From an uncultured cyanobacterium (GTDB lineage Bacteria > Cyanobacteriota > Cyanobacteriia > Cyanobacteriales > CAWUOF01): a stretch of DNA of 64,000 nt. A program made the position numbers and the translations under genes. Below are positions 23,125 through 32,557 of the stretch, one piece after another (positions within the stretch are counted from its first letter, which is position 1; the number at the start of each line of letters is the position of its first letter). The stretch is taken from the NCBI GenBank assembly GCA_963744145.1, contig CAVUSO010000001.1, positions 2,304,001-2,368,000 of the forward strand, in the 5' to 3' direction. Below the pieces are notes generated by a model. That model had not been told where the DNA came from, searched no databases, and saw only the letters and a list, made by a program, of their open reading frames with translations.

Positions 23125-24512
23125 AATTGATCTACCATAGATTGATTACGCACCTTTGCTCTAATTCCTGAAGGGAAGACAATCAATATTTTATCAAATA
23201 GCCAGACAAATTCACCTGGAGCGCAAGTTCGTTGATGATTTCTAACATCTTTAGTATCCCAAGTATCTTGGCTTAAGTTCTTAAGGCAATAAATTTTATC
23301 ATTGCTACTATTGCGTTGAAACCCAAACTGTGCTAATGTGCCGATTACTTCTGAATTTTCACTGATCAGACGCAAGGGAATAATTCGCTGTTCTTTGTCC
23401 AATACAAACCGATAGGATTTTTTAACTCTTTTAAGTTCCTTTATTTCGTTTTCATCCAAGTTATCAATAGGTGGATCGGAATCAAAGAAACCAAGTTCAA
23501 TCGGGCGATCGCTTGTTTGACCACACCAATCACAAACCAGTGAGGCTCCTCGGATATCTGGTAAATAGGAAGTAGCACCACATGGGCACAATGCTGTTTG
23601 ATCGGCAGCTTCTTCTAATGCACATAACCATTCTTCTGAAGAAGGTCGTACCCAAGGATCTAATATACCCGGTTCAAATGCTTGTCTACAAAGTTCTTGT
23701 AGTCTCCTAGTTAATACTTTTCCCCTTGGTAAACCATAGCTAGAGTAATTTTGCTTGTTCTCTTTTGAATCAATAAATGGTAACTCTCCTTGTAGAGCAA
23801 TCTCCTCCATTTCTGGCTCACCATCGATTACTTGATCACCAAAAAAGGGATGATTTAGCACTAATAAGTAAAAAATTGCTACTGCTAAAGACCAGCGATC
23901 GGATGCGTGATTAGGAAAACGAGACTCTTTCAGGATCTCTGGAGCAATAAATTGTTCTGTTCCAATCACTTCTGCTAAAGATGTTCCTGGAATAATTAAG
24001 TTATCAGGATCGATGAGTTTAATAGATGTTTGTTTGCGATCTGATGGGACAAGGACGTTTTCCCAGGATAAATCCACATAACATAATCCATTACGGTGAA
24101 TTTGCTCAAAGGTTCTAGCTAACTCGGCACAAATTCTTAAACGACGACGTAACCCACCTGTGGAAATGTGCCAGTTGGGATCGCGATCGCGTGGACAAAC
24201 TAACTCAGATAAGGGTATAGAATCTTTAACTCGATCCATTACATAGCCTAAATGTGGCTGATCTAAAACAGCGATCGGCAATACTAATGAGTCGATCTTC
24301 AAGTTTCGTCTTGTCAGCAAGCGAAGTTGCTTGCGAGCATCATCAGTATGTCTAGAGTTGGGTGGTAGACAAACTTTTACTAAAATATTAGCATCCTCAG
24401 TAGTAAATACAATTCCTTGTCTACCCTGATTTAGCTGTTCAACTAGCCTGTAGCGTCTTCCCTCTAAATCTCGAACAATTTCACCTGGTATTGGCAAAGA
24501 GAATTTAGTCAT
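23121..24512 (-). CDS. TerY-associated Ser/Thr protein kinase with Zn ribbon and an FHA-like C-terminus
   Basis: GRQGIVF, YVDLSWENVL, IDPDNL, GTEQFIAPE, DRWSLAV, HPFFG; CPCG and CDWCG. Confidence 0.88.
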   Translation of the reverse strand: MTKFSLPIPGEIVRDLEGRRYRLVEQLNQGRQGIVFTTEDANILVKVCLPPNSRHTDDARKQLRLLTRRNLKIDSLVLPIAVLDQPHLGYVMDRVKDSIPLSELVCPRDRDPNWHISTGGLRRRLRICAELARTFEQIHRNGLCYVDLSWENVLVPSDRKQTSIKLIDPDNLIIPGTSLAEVIGTEQFIAPEILKESRFPNHASDRWSLAVAIFYLLVLNHPFFGDQVIDGEPEMEEIALQGELPFIDSKENKQNYSSYGLPRGKVLTRRLQELCRQAFEPGILDPWVRPSSEEWLCALEEAADQTALCPCGATSYLPDIRGASLVCDWCGQTSDRPIELGFFDSDPPIDNLDENEIKELKRVKKSYRFVLDKEQRIIPLRLISENSEVIGTLAQFGFQRNSSNDKIYCLKNLSQDTWDTKDVRNHQRTCAPGEFVWLFDKILIVFPSGIRAKVRNQSMVDQL

Positions 24513-24526
24513 GTTTAATCTTTTAC

Positions 24527-25186
24527 TTAAAACTCCAGATCATCATCATTAAGCAAGTGAAATGGTAAATTACTGGATGAGTTAGGATTTTTAGCAGTTG
24601 AACGGGCCATAACTGACATAGTAACAAATCGAAAGAAGTCCATTAGTTTGACAACTTCTGTCGCACGCACAACTGGAATTTCTGAATGATTAACGAAACG
24701 TTTAAGGACATCAAAATCGCAATCATTTCCAATCCCAACAGCTAAACGAACTGCTCGTCCTCCTCGGTCGGAATCTAACAATTCTTGAAGCGGTTCTTCC
24801 CAATCATCATTGGGCTGACCGTCACTAACCAAAACGATACTAGGTAGATAAGAGCGTTTCGGGATCTGTTGTTCATCTTTCAACAACTGGAGAGCTATTT
24901 TAAATGCTGCTCCCATCGCTGTAGTACCCCTAGCAACCAAAGTAGGTAAATGAACGTTTTCGATCGGAGTCAAAGGAAGAAGTAGCTGAGCATTACTGTC
25001 AAATGTGATAATGCTAGTATGCAGATGACTGCGAGGATCATGTACATCTTTGAATTTTTGGTGCATTTCCGTCAGTGCAGCGTTAAGAGTATCAATTTTC
25101 TCGCCCTCCATACTGGTACTGACATCTGCTAGTACAATAACTGGTAGTGGTCGTCTCTGGGGCAGAAAGTCATTAAGGTCTTGCAT
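24527..25186 (-). CDS. TerY-like vWA domain protein
   Basis: RRPLPVIVLADVSTSM (MIDAS), GTTAMGAA, LVSDGQPND. Confidence 0.9.
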   Translation of the reverse strand: MQDLNDFLPQRRPLPVIVLADVSTSMEGEKIDTLNAALTEMHQKFKDVHDPRSHLHTSIITFDSNAQLLLPLTPIENVHLPTLVARGTTAMGAAFKIALQLLKDEQQIPKRSYLPSIVLVSDGQPNDDWEEPLQELLDSDRGGRAVRLAVGIGNDCDFDVLKRFVNHSEIPVVRATEVVKLMDFFRFVTMSVMARSTAKNPNSSSNLPFHLLNDDDLEF

Positions 25187-25296
25187 ACATTTGTTAATCA
25201 GACTTTGTGAGCAGCTATGGCATTGCAGTTCATATAGACTACAAAAATGGGATCATATTTTCTATTTTATAGTTCCCATTAGTTCTTGCAAAATCA

Positions 25297-25917
25297 CTAT
25301 GTTTTAGGTTCAATAATTTTGACTAAAATTCGCAAAAGGTCTTCTAGATCAGCAGGAACACGATAGAGATCGAGGTTTTGAGTTACTTGACGAGATTGTC
25401 GATCAAACTGACCAAATTGCCAAATATTCCCAGTTGAAATTGCACCTGGTAAGATCGGTTGTTCAGAATCTATCCATTGATCGAGGGCAATTAATTCAAT
25501 AGCTAGCTGCACAAAACCACGTTCTAGGTCTTCATTTTTGGCTTCAATTACGAGAAAAGTTTGGTGATTTTGGAGGAGATAGTCTAGGGAACCTTTGAGT
25601 TGATTACTAACAGCAATAGGATATTCGACGTTAAGAGTAGCTTGGGTATAGTGCAACAGATCAGTTAACACTGGAGCAATCAGAAATTCTCGTCTTGCTA
25701 TTTCACTGGTGAGACTAAGACGAGGTAGACTTTCTTCAATTCTAGCTTTAAGATCAGTAAGGCGATCGAGGGTGCCCATATATTTAGGCAGATTTAAGGA
25801 GCAACGTTGGAGAGAAACGTTAAAATATGCTAGAATATCTTGCGGTGCAAAGTTGAGTTTAAAGTAGTCAGCAAAAGTGTAAGACTGATCAGGTTGAATA
25901 ATCTTCGTTCTAAGCAT
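25297..25917 (-). CDS. Conserved cyanobacterial restriction-endonuclease-fold protein
   Basis: SEIARRE, GSLDY, IEAK, STGNIWQF. Confidence 0.65.
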   Translation of the reverse strand: MLRTKIIQPDQSYTFADYFKLNFAPQDILAYFNVSLQRCSLNLPKYMGTLDRLTDLKARIEESLPRLSLTSEIARREFLIAPVLTDLLHYTQATLNVEYPIAVSNQLKGSLDYLLQNHQTFLVIEAKNEDLERGFVQLAIELIALDQWIDSEQPILPGAISTGNIWQFGQFDRQSRQVTQNLDLYRVPADLEDLLRILVKIIEPKT

Positions 25918-26258
25918 AATTATGTGATGGCTCCCAAGTTTTGATCAAAATGAAAATCAGACTTTTGCTAACCAAATTTTCAAGGGGAGCAGCTATTGGC
26001 AAAAAGAACCGGATCAAATCGGCAAAGTCAAGCTCTTATATGTCTTTCCCAGGACTAGAGAATTCTGGTTGAGGCTGGTTCATCTATGATCATAAATGCT
26101 CCGATCTCATCTTAGCAAATTTGCTGAAATTATGCTAGGATTTTTTAGTCCTAGTTCCGATCGCGCGATCACCAAAAAGACTGAGTTAATCCTAAATACC
26201 GTCAAGGGATTTTGATGATCGTGAAAGCATTGTATAGCAGGGCAATCAACCTACTCAA

Positions 26259-26543
26259 TTATTCTGCTATTACTTCTTGATTTCTTTTCTTTAATAAAGT
26301 CAGCAGTTTTCTCGTTTCTAAGTCCATCAATACTGCGGCATAATTTTTACCTTCTTTTAACTGAGTTATTTCATCTATCCCTAATTTTTTTTTATTGATT
26401 ATTGTCTCTCCAGCAGGTTCACGCACATCCACTAACATAGGTCGATCGCTTGTCAACAGGCTTTTTAAGTCTGTCACATTCGCGATCGCGTAATACCCTG
26501 GTGGAATCGACTTGAGAAAGCGATCAGAGATGGGAACTGACAC
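26259..26543 (-). pseudogene. Chimera of a rhodanese 5' fragment and an ISL3 transposase fragment
   Basis: PMLVDVREP (rhodanese) joined to KKLGIDEI...GKNYAAVLMDL (ISL3). Confidence 0.65.
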
Positions 26544-26566
26544 TAGGTATTTCTGGCACCTTCAAC

Positions 26567-27568
26567 TCAAGGTGTAACTGATCGAATGACACCCAGAGAA
26601 GCTATGCTGATCAAGATCCACAGCACTACTCCCTGTAACATTGGCTTCCAACCCACAGCCTTCAATAGTCGTTGGGATAGTCCCGCACCAATCAAAAATA
26701 ATGTTAGGGTCAATCCTGTGGTGGAAAGAGCAGTCAGGACAGGCGACCAAGAAGCAATAGTAGGGACAAACGTTCTGACCACCGAAGCAAGCATAAAGAA
26801 TCCAATAAACCAGGGAACTTGAGGTTTACTGGGCACCACTTGATCAGGTTGAGGATGTTGAAATAGATAACTTGCTGCAACTGAAACCGGAATAATCCAC
26901 AATGCACGAGAGAGTTTTACCGCAGTCGCAGTTAATAGAGCTGCTTGACCATAGTGAGCAGCAGCACCGACTACACTAGAAATATCATGGATCGCAACAC
27001 CTGACCAAATCCCAAATTGGGTTTGGGACAAATGTAGCAGATGACCAAGGGGCGGAAATACCAACAGGGCGATCGCATTTAGCACAAATACCGTCCCCAT
27101 TGCTATGGAGATTTCACTTTCTGCTGCGTTAATGACAGCACTAACCGCAGCGATCGCCGATCCTCCACAGATTGCTGTACCAGAGGAAATCAAGATCGAC
27201 GCTTTGATCGGAATCTTGAGCCATTTTCCGAAAAAGTAACCAATCACAAAGGTCGCGGTAATGCTACCCATTGCCAACAAAGCACCACTTGTCCCTGCCT
27301 GAAGCATAACAGTCAAATCCATCCCAAAGCCGAGCAAAATCACCGAGACTTGCAGCAAGTGCCGAGCTGTCAGACGAAAAATTCGCTGAAAAGGGTTTTC
27401 GTGAGTTAGAGCTAGAAATATACCGAGCAAGAGTGCAACAGGTGGTGAAGCCCAGGGGGTCAAACAGAATCCAGCCCCTCCGAGAAATAAAGCTTGGGCG
27501 TAGTTAGATGGTGGGTTTTGCTGATCAGGATTAGGAGTCCTAATTGAGAGAGCATTGGTTGGTTTCAT
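26567..27568 (-). CDS. yeiH: YeiH-family putative sulfate/sulfite exporter
   Basis: GTAICGGSAIAA, HDISSVVGAA, VKLSRALWIIP; divergent from a LysR gene. Confidence 0.85.
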   Translation of the reverse strand: MKPTNALSIRTPNPDQQNPPSNYAQALFLGGAGFCLTPWASPPVALLLGIFLALTHENPFQRIFRLTARHLLQVSVILLGFGMDLTVMLQAGTSGALLAMGSITATFVIGYFFGKWLKIPIKASILISSGTAICGGSAIAAVSAVINAAESEISIAMGTVFVLNAIALLVFPPLGHLLHLSQTQFGIWSGVAIHDISSVVGAAAHYGQAALLTATAVKLSRALWIIPVSVAASYLFQHPQPDQVVPSKPQVPWFIGFFMLASVVRTFVPTIASWSPVLTALSTTGLTLTLFLIGAGLSQRLLKAVGWKPMLQGVVLWILISIASLGVIRSVTP

Positions 27569-27695
27569 AAAACTATGAGTGAGTGAGTTAATTCCACTCT
27601 AGGAAACCTAATTGATAGAAGCAAATGTTCTTTTTTGTCAAAACAATAGACTCACTCTATTAAACTAAAGTAGTTCCAAGCAATCCAAAACTCCA

Positions 27696-28622
27696 ATGAC
27701 CTTTGAACAACTCCGCGTCTTTCTAGCTGTCGCGCAACATCTGCACTTTACCCGCGCTGCTGAAGCACTTTACTTGACACAACCCTCAGTTAGTGCTGCA
27801 ATTCAAAGTTTGGAAGAGGAAATTGGAATGCTCCTGTTCCATCGCATTGGTCGCCGGATTGAGATCACACAAGCAGGCGAACTGTTGCAAGGAGAAGCAC
27901 AGAAGATTCTGGATCAGGTCGCTTTGACCAAACGGGGATTGCAGGAATTGAGAGAACTGCAACGAGGGGAACTGAATTTAGGAGCTAGTCAAACAATTGG
28001 TAACTACTGGCTACCTCGTTTTATCAGTCAATTCAAGAGCCAGTATTCGGGGATTAAAGTTAACTGTATCTTGGGCAATACTCAGGAGATCAGCACAGGA
28101 ACCGTCGCAGGAAAGTTTGATTTGGGTCTGGTTGAAGGGATTGTGCCCGAATCTGCTTCAGCTTGTTTAGATCAACAGGTGATTGGGGGCGATCGCTTAC
28201 AAGTGGTAGTTGGGCAATCTCATCTCTGGTTTGAACGTAAGACAATTTCTTTATTAGAGCTTTCAACCACCGACTGGGTAATGCGCGAAGCCGGATCGGG
28301 AACTCGTGATATCTTTGAGCAAACATTACAGAAGTGGGGTATTGACCCAAGAACACTAAACGTCATCCTAGAGATGACTACGGGTGAAATGATTAAAGCA
28401 GTCGTTGAAAATGGGATTGGGGCAACAGCAATTTCAGAATGGATGGTAAATAAAGAAGTTCATTGGGGCATCTTGCGAACTGTCGCCATCACTGATGCAA
28501 CCCAACTCATCACTTTACCTGCCATGATGCGCTCATTCAAGTTACTCAAGCATCGGGAGCGGTTTCAAACTCGCATTGCTCAGAGTTTTGAGCAGTTGTT
28601 GCTTTCTCAAATGCAAATTTAG
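27696..28622 (+). CDS. LysR-family regulator (YeiE/CysL-like)
   Basis: HFTRAAEALYLTQPSVS HTH, GASQTIGNYWLP, REAGSGTR. Confidence 0.92.
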   Translation: MTFEQLRVFLAVAQHLHFTRAAEALYLTQPSVSAAIQSLEEEIGMLLFHRIGRRIEITQAGELLQGEAQKILDQVALTKRGLQELRELQRGELNLGASQTIGNYWLPRFISQFKSQYSGIKVNCILGNTQEISTGTVAGKFDLGLVEGIVPESASACLDQQVIGGDRLQVVVGQSHLWFERKTISLLELSTTDWVMREAGSGTRDIFEQTLQKWGIDPRTLNVILEMTTGEMIKAVVENGIGATAISEWMVNKEVHWGILRTVAITDATQLITLPAMMRSFKLLKHRERFQTRIAQSFEQLLLSQMQI

Positions 28623-28639
28623 CCTGACCCATATCTTGA

Positions 28640-29227
28640 CTAAACTGCTTCAAACTGAATATTTTCATATAAATCTGCAAGGGTAAACTCTAAAGGAATA
28701 GTTGATAACTTGATGCGATCGCCTAGATTTTTGGATTCTCTAAAAATCCATTCCTGCTCATTTGTCTTTACATAATGCTCAATACAAACCGTATATTGAT
28801 CGATCAATAAATACTCCTGAAAACTGGGAACAGTACGATAAGCTGCAAATTTACCATCCTTGTCATAACTCCTTGTTCCCTGAGAAAGCACCTCCGCAAT
28901 CAGCAACGGATTTGTCACCGTATCAGTCCGTCCCGTCTGTAACTGCAAAGGTTGCGATACTACCATTATATCAGGATAGGTAAACTTATTTAACTGTGGA
29001 ATCCATAGCCTTTGATCCATAATGAAACAACGATAGGGTTTTCCCCTCAGAGCAAGTTTAAGGATTACCATAAAATTACTCGCAATATCGTTATGATTTG
29101 GTGTTCCCCCACTCATCGGTCTAATTTCCCCATCAATATATTCATGGCGTTCCTCAGCATTAACCTCAAACTCCAGATATTCTTCGATAGTAGAAAATTT
29201 TGACTGGGTTAGAGCAATCATGATCAA
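28640..29227 (-). CDS. Uma2-family endonuclease
   Basis: HEYIDG, YPDIMV, EVLS, EYLLIDQ. Confidence 0.9.
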   Translation of the reverse strand: MIMIALTQSKFSTIEEYLEFEVNAEERHEYIDGEIRPMSGGTPNHNDIASNFMVILKLALRGKPYRCFIMDQRLWIPQLNKFTYPDIMVVSQPLQLQTGRTDTVTNPLLIAEVLSQGTRSYDKDGKFAAYRTVPSFQEYLLIDQYTVCIEHYVKTNEQEWIFRESKNLGDRIKLSTIPLEFTLADLYENIQFEAV

Positions 29228-29255
29228 CTCCTATACCTAATTGATAAATCCTAGC

Positions 29256-32000
29256 TTAAATAATAAGAAGAAAGAATATAATAGTTAAACTAACAAATAG
29301 CAATAAGTGAGGAAGATTGCTAATTAAGGAGCGTTTGGTAATTCGCAACAAGGGATAGATGCTGAAAATCAGAGCAGAGAGGATTGTTACACCCTGAAGG
29401 AAAGCTGCAACATCTGTACTCCAGGTGAGAGTCGGTAAGCTAGTCCGACTCAAGCCCAAGGTTCGCGCTAAAATAGGTAGAATTTGACCCGCTTCAGTGA
29501 CTGCCGCAGGGATGTAGTGTGTCAGGTTTCCTGCTAGGGTAAAAGGCAGATAGGCATAGATAACGGTGAGATAGTTAGGTTGTTTGGGATCAAAAAGACG
29601 GGCGATCGCATGAGTCAGATAGGTCAATAGAAAGGGAATGCTCAGAAAAGCGAGGGCGATCGGTGTACTGGTCAGTAAATGGTCAGCATCAATCGGAATA
29701 TCCTGGTAACCTAACCATCCTAAAATCCGTTGGGCATGATGCAGAAATACCCCACCAAACAGTAGCAATAGGAGCGCAACTTCTGCCCAAAATCCTTGGT
29801 GATTGTCTAGTAGATCTGATGTAGGAAACCGCAGATTGAGCTGAACTGAGCGATGGGGACAAGCTTTGATGCAGGTCATACATAGCACACAGTCCCGGTT
29901 ATCCTGCAATTGAGCTGGGTGGGAGTAGAGGGGACATCCACCCGTTGTCTGTGCTTCATTGGGTAGTGCATCAATAAAGGTAACTGGGGTAGTATCACTG
30001 CCTTTATAACAGCCAAAGGTACTGCATTGGCTACCGCATACCTGTTGGGTCGATCGCAATTCCACCATTGCTAGTTTGGCAAACATCCCATTCATCCCGC
30101 CGATCGGACAGAGATAGCGACACCAGAGCCGTCGTTCATAAATCAGACTAAAAATTACTGCTCCCACCGTAATCGTTAACAGCAACCAGGCAGAGAGAAC
30201 CGCATGGTGTGGCAAATCCCAGAGCTGTTCCCAGAGATAAATTGCCACAAAGCCACCAAACAAAATCCAGGCTCCCCAATGGTTTAGCCATTTAGTATTC
30301 CAGGTAAGTTGTTGACGAGGAAACAACCAGAGGGAGAAACGGCGTATCCATTCGGCTGTAATCATAAAGGGGCAGACTGCACACCAGATCCGACCCACAA
30401 AGACAAAGAAAAATAGATAACCAGGCCACCACCACGCCCAAAAGAGATTGAGGGTTACACTGCTGTCTCTGGTTTGAGGACCGATGAACCCAGCGATCGT
30501 GATCGGTACAAAAATCGCCATCATCACGATCCAGATGCCCTCTGGATACCAGCGACTTAGCAACAATTGTCGCAGCCAAGGTACATGAGTGAGTAAATCC
30601 ACTCGAAAGGCATTTTTGGCAGACTGCACTGACCATAGGACTTGTTCTGAAATCACAGTCTGTCCTGGTGGGGTCATGATCACCGCTCGATGCAGAATTT
30701 CGGCTAGTTCTGTCAGGTTACCAGGATATTCATAACTAATCAAACGGCGTAAATCCGACTGATCTAGGTCGAGCAGGGGGCGATTTTGTTCTTGACAAAA
30801 CTGGGTTAAGAAATAACGGGCAAAAGCTGGAATATCTGCCTTGCGCTGGGGCAAGCTAAACAGTTTGATCGTAATTGGATCTACATCTGGTAGCTCTAAT
30901 TTGTGAGGAGAAGCTAGGATTAAGCGGACCCAAGACTGGACAGGTTGGGGCGGTTCGGTGGTCAGGATGTTGAGTCCGCTCAGTCCATGATTAGGTAGGA
31001 TATTATTGGTTTGGTAGTAATGGATGAGGCGATCGCGATCGCCCCCACTCAATACCTGGACATTACTCAGCAGAAGCGTTCCCCTCTCCAACAGTTCAAT
31101 GATGCCCGGTTGTCCACCGATTCGACCAAATAAAAAGTCGGTATTGAGCCTACCATCTTCTGAGCGAGGCAACTTGGCACAATCTAACTCAGCAAAGGGG
31201 TGGTCAGCGAGCCCAGAATGGGCGTGGATTAGCCCAGCGAGAAAGGTTTTTCCAGTTCCCGGTTGTGCTTGAAATAAGACAGGTTTCAGAGTGGCTGCGG
31301 CTTGATCAATTTGTTCTACCAGTTTTTGACTGGCTTTGCTATTACCAATAATCGTTTTTTCGGTGGGAATGGCTTTAATGTAGGGCTGTAAACCTTGAAT
31401 ACGACGTTGTTCGTGAGCAACGCGATGAATGAAAGCGTTTAAGTCTTGTGCTAACAAAGTGTTGAACAGATGTTCGATTTCAACATACTGCTCGATCAAC
31501 TGACGAAACTGAGCCTGGGGCAAAAACCAGATTTCGCTAGCAGTTAGGGCGATCGCCTGAGTCTGGTGCCGACCGTTTTCCAGGTTTACCATCAGGGAGA
31601 CATGACCAAATAGCTCTCCAGCACTACAATAGCGAATCAGAGATTTGCCAATCGGAGAAAGCCGCTGAATCTCGACTGTGCCCGACTTTAATAGATATAG
31701 CCCAATATTTTTTTGTCCTTCTTGGTAGATCAGTGTTTGGGGTTCTAGGTGAAAGTAATTAAATGACTGGGCGATCGCTGTTAAGATTTGCCCTGGAAGT
31801 TGTCCCCAAAGCCGATGAGAACTGAGCCAATTGTTACATTCAAGAACTGAATGCTCGTTCAAAGCCACTATAGTGGTTAGAGCGTTTCCTAGAGGCAATG
31901 ATTGCTCTGGATTTACTAAAACTGACTCAGACTGAAGACTCTTAGTCAAGATCACTCCCAAATTAATATTGTCGTTTATGGCTAATAGACAAGAAAGCAA
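29256..32000 (-). CDS. cNMP-binding (Crp-like) + sigma54-activator-type AAA + membrane 4Fe-4S domain protein (start uncertain)
   Basis: Crp-like N-terminus, QPGTGKT, YEYPGNLTEL, GRIWCAVCP, WCRYLCPIGG, CVLCMTCIKACP, several TM helices. Confidence 0.85.
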   Translation of the reverse strand: MLSCLLAINDNINLGVILTKSLQSESVLVNPEQSLPLGNALTTIVALNEHSVLECNNWLSSHRLWGQLPGQILTAIAQSFNYFHLEPQTLIYQEGQKNIGLYLLKSGTVEIQRLSPIGKSLIRYCSAGELFGHVSLMVNLENGRHQTQAIALTASEIWFLPQAQFRQLIEQYVEIEHLFNTLLAQDLNAFIHRVAHEQRRIQGLQPYIKAIPTEKTIIGNSKASQKLVEQIDQAAATLKPVLFQAQPGTGKTFLAGLIHAHSGLADHPFAELDCAKLPRSEDGRLNTDFLFGRIGGQPGIIELLERGTLLLSNVQVLSGGDRDRLIHYYQTNNILPNHGLSGLNILTTEPPQPVQSWVRLILASPHKLELPDVDPITIKLFSLPQRKADIPAFARYFLTQFCQEQNRPLLDLDQSDLRRLISYEYPGNLTELAEILHRAVIMTPPGQTVISEQVLWSVQSAKNAFRVDLLTHVPWLRQLLLSRWYPEGIWIVMMAIFVPITIAGFIGPQTRDSSVTLNLFWAWWWPGYLFFFVFVGRIWCAVCPFMITAEWIRRFSLWLFPRQQLTWNTKWLNHWGAWILFGGFVAIYLWEQLWDLPHHAVLSAWLLLTITVGAVIFSLIYERRLWCRYLCPIGGMNGMFAKLAMVELRSTQQVCGSQCSTFGCYKGSDTTPVTFIDALPNEAQTTGGCPLYSHPAQLQDNRDCVLCMTCIKACPHRSVQLNLRFPTSDLLDNHQGFWAEVALLLLLFGGVFLHHAQRILGWLGYQDIPIDADHLLTSTPIALAFLSIPFLLTYLTHAIARLFDPKQPNYLTVIYAYLPFTLAGNLTHYIPAAVTEAGQILPILARTLGLSRTSLPTLTWSTDVAAFLQGVTILSALIFSIYPLLRITKRSLISNLPHLLLFVSLTIIFFLLII

Positions 32001-32014
32001 AAGTCTTATGATCT

Positions 32015-32110
32015 GACAGACGAGATGTGGACAGACGAGATGTGGACAGACAAGATGTCCGTCCCACTAGAAACAATCACTCTTGTGGGACAGTCATCTT
32101 GACTGTCCTA
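32015..32110. repeat. 15-nt tandem repeat (GACAGACGAGATGTG, about 3 copies) merged with REP-like hairpins
   Basis: Visible directly; GGACAGACAAGATGTCCGTCC and GGACAGTCATCTTGACTGTCC are near-palindromes. Confidence 0.6.
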
Positions 32111-32166
32111 GTTATTTTTGCTTTCTTGTTTAATTTAGATACATTTTAAATATTTATCCCTTTTAT

Positions 32167-32469
32167 TTATAGTAGTTTCATAGCCAGCACTTGCACAACA
32201 GCACTGTGTCCCTGATGAAACAGCCCTTCATGGATTTCTCGCTCAAGTTCTACACTGTGCTTAAATTCTAGTCCTTCTAGTTCCTGCTGAATGGTTGTCA
32301 GATCCATCAGCAAATTGGCATTGGGTGGACCTCCAGTTTTGAATTCCAGTTGACGGGGAGTATATGCTTCTAGCACAAACACACCACCCGATCGCAATCC
32401 AGAAACCACTTGCCGATGGATACTAGCACGGATAGTTGGTGGTAAATGACAAAAAATCGAGACGATCGC
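32167..32469 (-). pseudogene. 3' half of a split class I SAM-dependent methyltransferase
   Basis: AIVSIFCHLPP...GLRSGGVFVLEAYTPRQL; joins in frame with 45539-45828. Confidence 0.9.
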
Positions 32470-32557
32470 TAATAATTTTTAGTTCTACCGCTAATTAAAT
32501 AAGAAGAATTTATCGAAATAGATTAAATTGATTGCCCACTGCATATTAATCAGAATG

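Noticed and set aside
23121..25186. Tellurite-resistance ter operon
   Set aside because: No terZABCDE genes; the vWA-kinase pair is coupled to helicase/McrBC-like genes.
25930..26090. Possible minus-strand remnant (SPGKDI*ELDFADLIRFFLP) of a cyanobacterial transposase-like family
   Set aside because: Too short and degraded to call.
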